This document shows positions 62,180-64,000 of a DNA stretch of 64,000 nucleotides, piece by piece. The notes beneath the pieces were generated by a model. That model was not told the DNA's origin. It made no database searches and was given only the letters and a program-made list of their open reading frames with translations. The position numbers were made by a program, and so were the translations under genes. Position 1 is the stretch's first letter; each line of letters begins with the position of its first letter. Source of the DNA: Escherichia phage 4E10; sequence record OQ689735.1; one strand, 5' to 3'.

Positions 62180-62398
62180 TTATGCTTTGCGACTAAATTG
62201 TTCATAGTGCTGAATTACCTCTCTCAAACATTTGCATGTGAATGAAAACTTTTTAGCTACACCACATTCAAATATATGTTCTCTTAAATCACGTGTATCA
62301 GTATATCCCATCTCAACAATAAAATGCCGTATTAGATTTTTATCTTTATCATTGAGAGAATTAAAATAATCAGATTTTGAATTAATTTCCCTGGCCAA
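62180..62398 (-). CDS. hypothetical protein (TTG start)
   Basis: 72-aa ORF; no in-frame ATG near 5-prime end, so start is TTG or the ORF is not real. Confidence 0.35.
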   Translation of the reverse strand: MAREINSKSDYFNSLNDKDKNLIRHFIVEMGYTDTRDLREHIFECGVAKKFSFTCKCLREVIQHYEQFSRKA

Positions 62399-62678
62399 AT
62401 TGAATCACCTTCAGTTGACGTTTTAATTCTTTTATCATTTCTTCGTTCATCGCAATATAAAGATCGCGTAAAGCAGGTTTTAGCATGTCATTTATTATAG
62501 AACTAAATGGACATACATAATCTTTTCCTACAAGCTTTTTGGTGAATTCCATATCACAGAACTTAAATCCCGGCTCATTGGTATAAATTCCCCAATTAGT
62601 TGACATCATTTTATTAGCATATTCCAGTGCCTTGATTTGATTCATAATTCCATCAATTTGAAACTTTTTAATATTCAT
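62382..62678 (-). CDS. hypothetical protein
   Basis: 98-aa ORF with ATG start; ATGA-type overlap with upstream gene. Confidence 0.5.
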   Translation of the reverse strand: MNIKKFQIDGIMNQIKALEYANKMMSTNWGIYTNEPGFKFCDMEFTKKLVGKDYVCPFSSIINDMLKPALRDLYIAMNEEMIKELKRQLKVIQFGQGN

Positions 62679-63139
62679 TAGTAAAGGTCCTCAGAGTAAA
62701 GTTCTTTTTCACTACCACCACGTTCAATACGTACTTGTCCAGCGTAAGTTGCAATAATCATTGCTTCTTCACGTGTCCAATAATTACTATATTGGTCAAT
62801 AAACCCTTGGTCATCATCACAAACTTGTTGAGTAACTAATTGAGGTTTAACTACATCTAAAACTTCTGCCATATCTTTAGAATAATGACGAGCACCTGGA
62901 ATAATAAGAGTTCGTCCATCTTTTAATTTAAAACGATTAGCTGCGCAGACAATTCGTCGTTGATACTTTTGGTTTTCATCCCAATATGCAGTCTGCCAAC
63001 AGATTTCAGGAACTTCTTTCAGAATATCTTCTTCTGTGCATTTATAACCATGCGCTTTAAATTTTTCAACAAGACTTTCTGGAGTTTCACGAGATAAAGG
63101 AACATTCAACATTTTTAAACGATTGATAAATGGGTTCAT
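62678..63139 (-). CDS. hypothetical protein
   Basis: 153-aa ORF with ATG start. Confidence 0.55.
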   Translation of the reverse strand: MNPFINRLKMLNVPLSRETPESLVEKFKAHGYKCTEEDILKEVPEICWQTAYWDENQKYQRRIVCAANRFKLKDGRTLIIPGARHYSKDMAEVLDVVKPQLVTQQVCDDDQGFIDQYSNYWTREEAMIIATYAGQVRIERGGSEKELYSEDLY

Positions 63140-63465
63140 TTAAACCATCCTTTAATACGTTGCCACAAAGTTTTCTGTTGAGCTTTGTTAACACCAATTG
63201 AACGAATAACTGGTTGAGATTCCTGGAATTCTTTATAATCGGCAAGGTAAATTTCGTAAGCTGCATCAGTAAATGAACTTATCGCTGCCATAAAATTATT
63301 GCGAATACCTACTGGAGCATCTTTACTTTCACGAATAATCATGTATTTACCAGTCTTAATCTTTACGATAGTTCCAAGATAAGCTCCATGGTACCAAATA
63401 TCCCAACCCTCTTGAGTAGGTTCTGCGCAACGACGAAGTTCATTAACAATTTCTAACTTGTTCAT
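63136..63465 (-). CDS. hypothetical protein (motA.1 position)
   Basis: 109-aa ORF with ATG start. Confidence 0.5.
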   Translation of the reverse strand: MNKLEIVNELRRCAEPTQEGWDIWYHGAYLGTIVKIKTGKYMIIRESKDAPVGIRNNFMAAISSFTDAAYEIYLADYKEFQESQPVIRSIGVNKAQQKTLWQRIKGWFK

Positions 63466-63475
63466 TATTTATTCC

Positions 63476-64000
63476 TCACAGTTCAGATGCTACAGTGATT
63501 ACTGCTTCAATGTTTTCTACTGAGCGTTTAATGTCAAGATACACATTACCGTTTTTAGCGATTTTACATGACATTCCGATGTCAGTAAATTTCTGAATAT
63601 GATGTTCCATCATTTTGTATCCAAAAATTCGCATATTTCCATTGTTGTTAATTTCAAAATTACGAATTCCGTGAGTGCGTTTTTCTAAAATAGCAAGATA
63701 GTTACTGCGATAAGTTTCAACCTTTTTAAGAACAAATCCATTTTCATCTAAAAGTTTTAACATGAGGTCTTTATCTTCTTCCATATCGGAAGTAATCTCG
63801 CGAGCTTTACGAGTTGCTCGTTTTTTCAGCAGTTCCGGAGCATTTTCCTGTGCGTATAAAGTTGCTGCGTTTGAAATAATATCCTGAGCTTCACCTGTAA
63901 TGATTAATCCATCACCAGATTTCTCCACCAGGCCTTTTTTAATCAATACCCCAATATTACTATTAACTACTGCGTTACCTAAATCTGGATGCACCTCACG
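63476..64000 (-). CDS. motA: MotA middle-transcription activator, 3-prime part (N-terminus beyond window end)
   Basis: Reading frame open to window edge; HPDLGNAVVNSNIGVLIKKGLVEKSGDGLIITGEAQDIISNAATLYAQENAPELLKKRATRKA... matches T4 MotA from memory. Confidence 0.9.
   Translation of the reverse strand, partial: REVHPDLGNAVVNSNIGVLIKKGLVEKSGDGLIITGEAQDIISNAATLYAQENAPELLKKRATRKAREITSDMEEDKDLMLKLLDENGFVLKKVETYRSNYLAILEKRTHGIRNFEINNNGNMRIFGYKMMEHHIQKFTDIGMSCKIAKNGNVYLDIKRSVENIEAVITVASEL

Noticed and set aside
62100-62217. 38-aa lysine-rich - strand ORF between arn and the next ORF
   Set aside because: Very short, overlaps arn start, composition may simply reflect A-rich DNA; insufficient evidence

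Overview
The window is a contiguous 64-kb block of a T4-like (T-even) myovirus genome, recognised from protein sequences recalled from memory; no database search was run. Coordinates of CDS features include the stop codon, and several N-termini from the ORF track were trimmed to the first ATG where the track began at an alternative start codon. Left third, mostly + strand late genes: 3-prime end of tail sheath gene 18, tail tube 19, portal 20, prohead core 67/68, prohead protease 21, scaffold 22, major capsid 23, vertex 24; then rnlB, hoc and inh (-), uvsW (+), uvsY (-), and baseplate genes 25/26 (-) and 51/27/28/29/48/54 (+). Middle, - strand early/middle genes: two tandem Alt-type ADP-ribosyltransferase paralogs, DNA ligase 30, a HAD-like hydrolase and a NADAR protein followed by small ORFs, rIII, co-chaperonin 31, cd, pseT, a spanin pair, alc, rnlA, denA, nrdB, nrdA, td, frd, a cluster of small ORFs, 32, 59, 33, dsbA and rnh. 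Right: long tail fibre genes 34-35-36-37 (+), a T2-type glycine-rich adhesin 38, holin t, then asiA, arn and small ORFs up to a truncated motA (-). Regulatory signals seen directly: TATAAATA late promoter motifs, GTTTAC-N17/18-TATAAT early promoters, GC-rich tetraloop hairpins and the gene 32 translational operator. Relative to T4 as I recall it, td and nrdB are uninterrupted (no group I introns), segG is absent between 32 and 59, hoc carries a tandemly duplicated Ig-like domain, gene 37 ends in an intramolecular chaperone-like domain, and an extra ORF sits between td and frd. No tRNA, rRNA, CRISPR, integrase or transposase was found. I could not identify a clearly novel multi-gene system; the best candidates are the ADP-ribosylation/NADAR/HAD neighbourhood around the ligase, the inserted td-frd ORF, and the unannotated small-ORF clusters.
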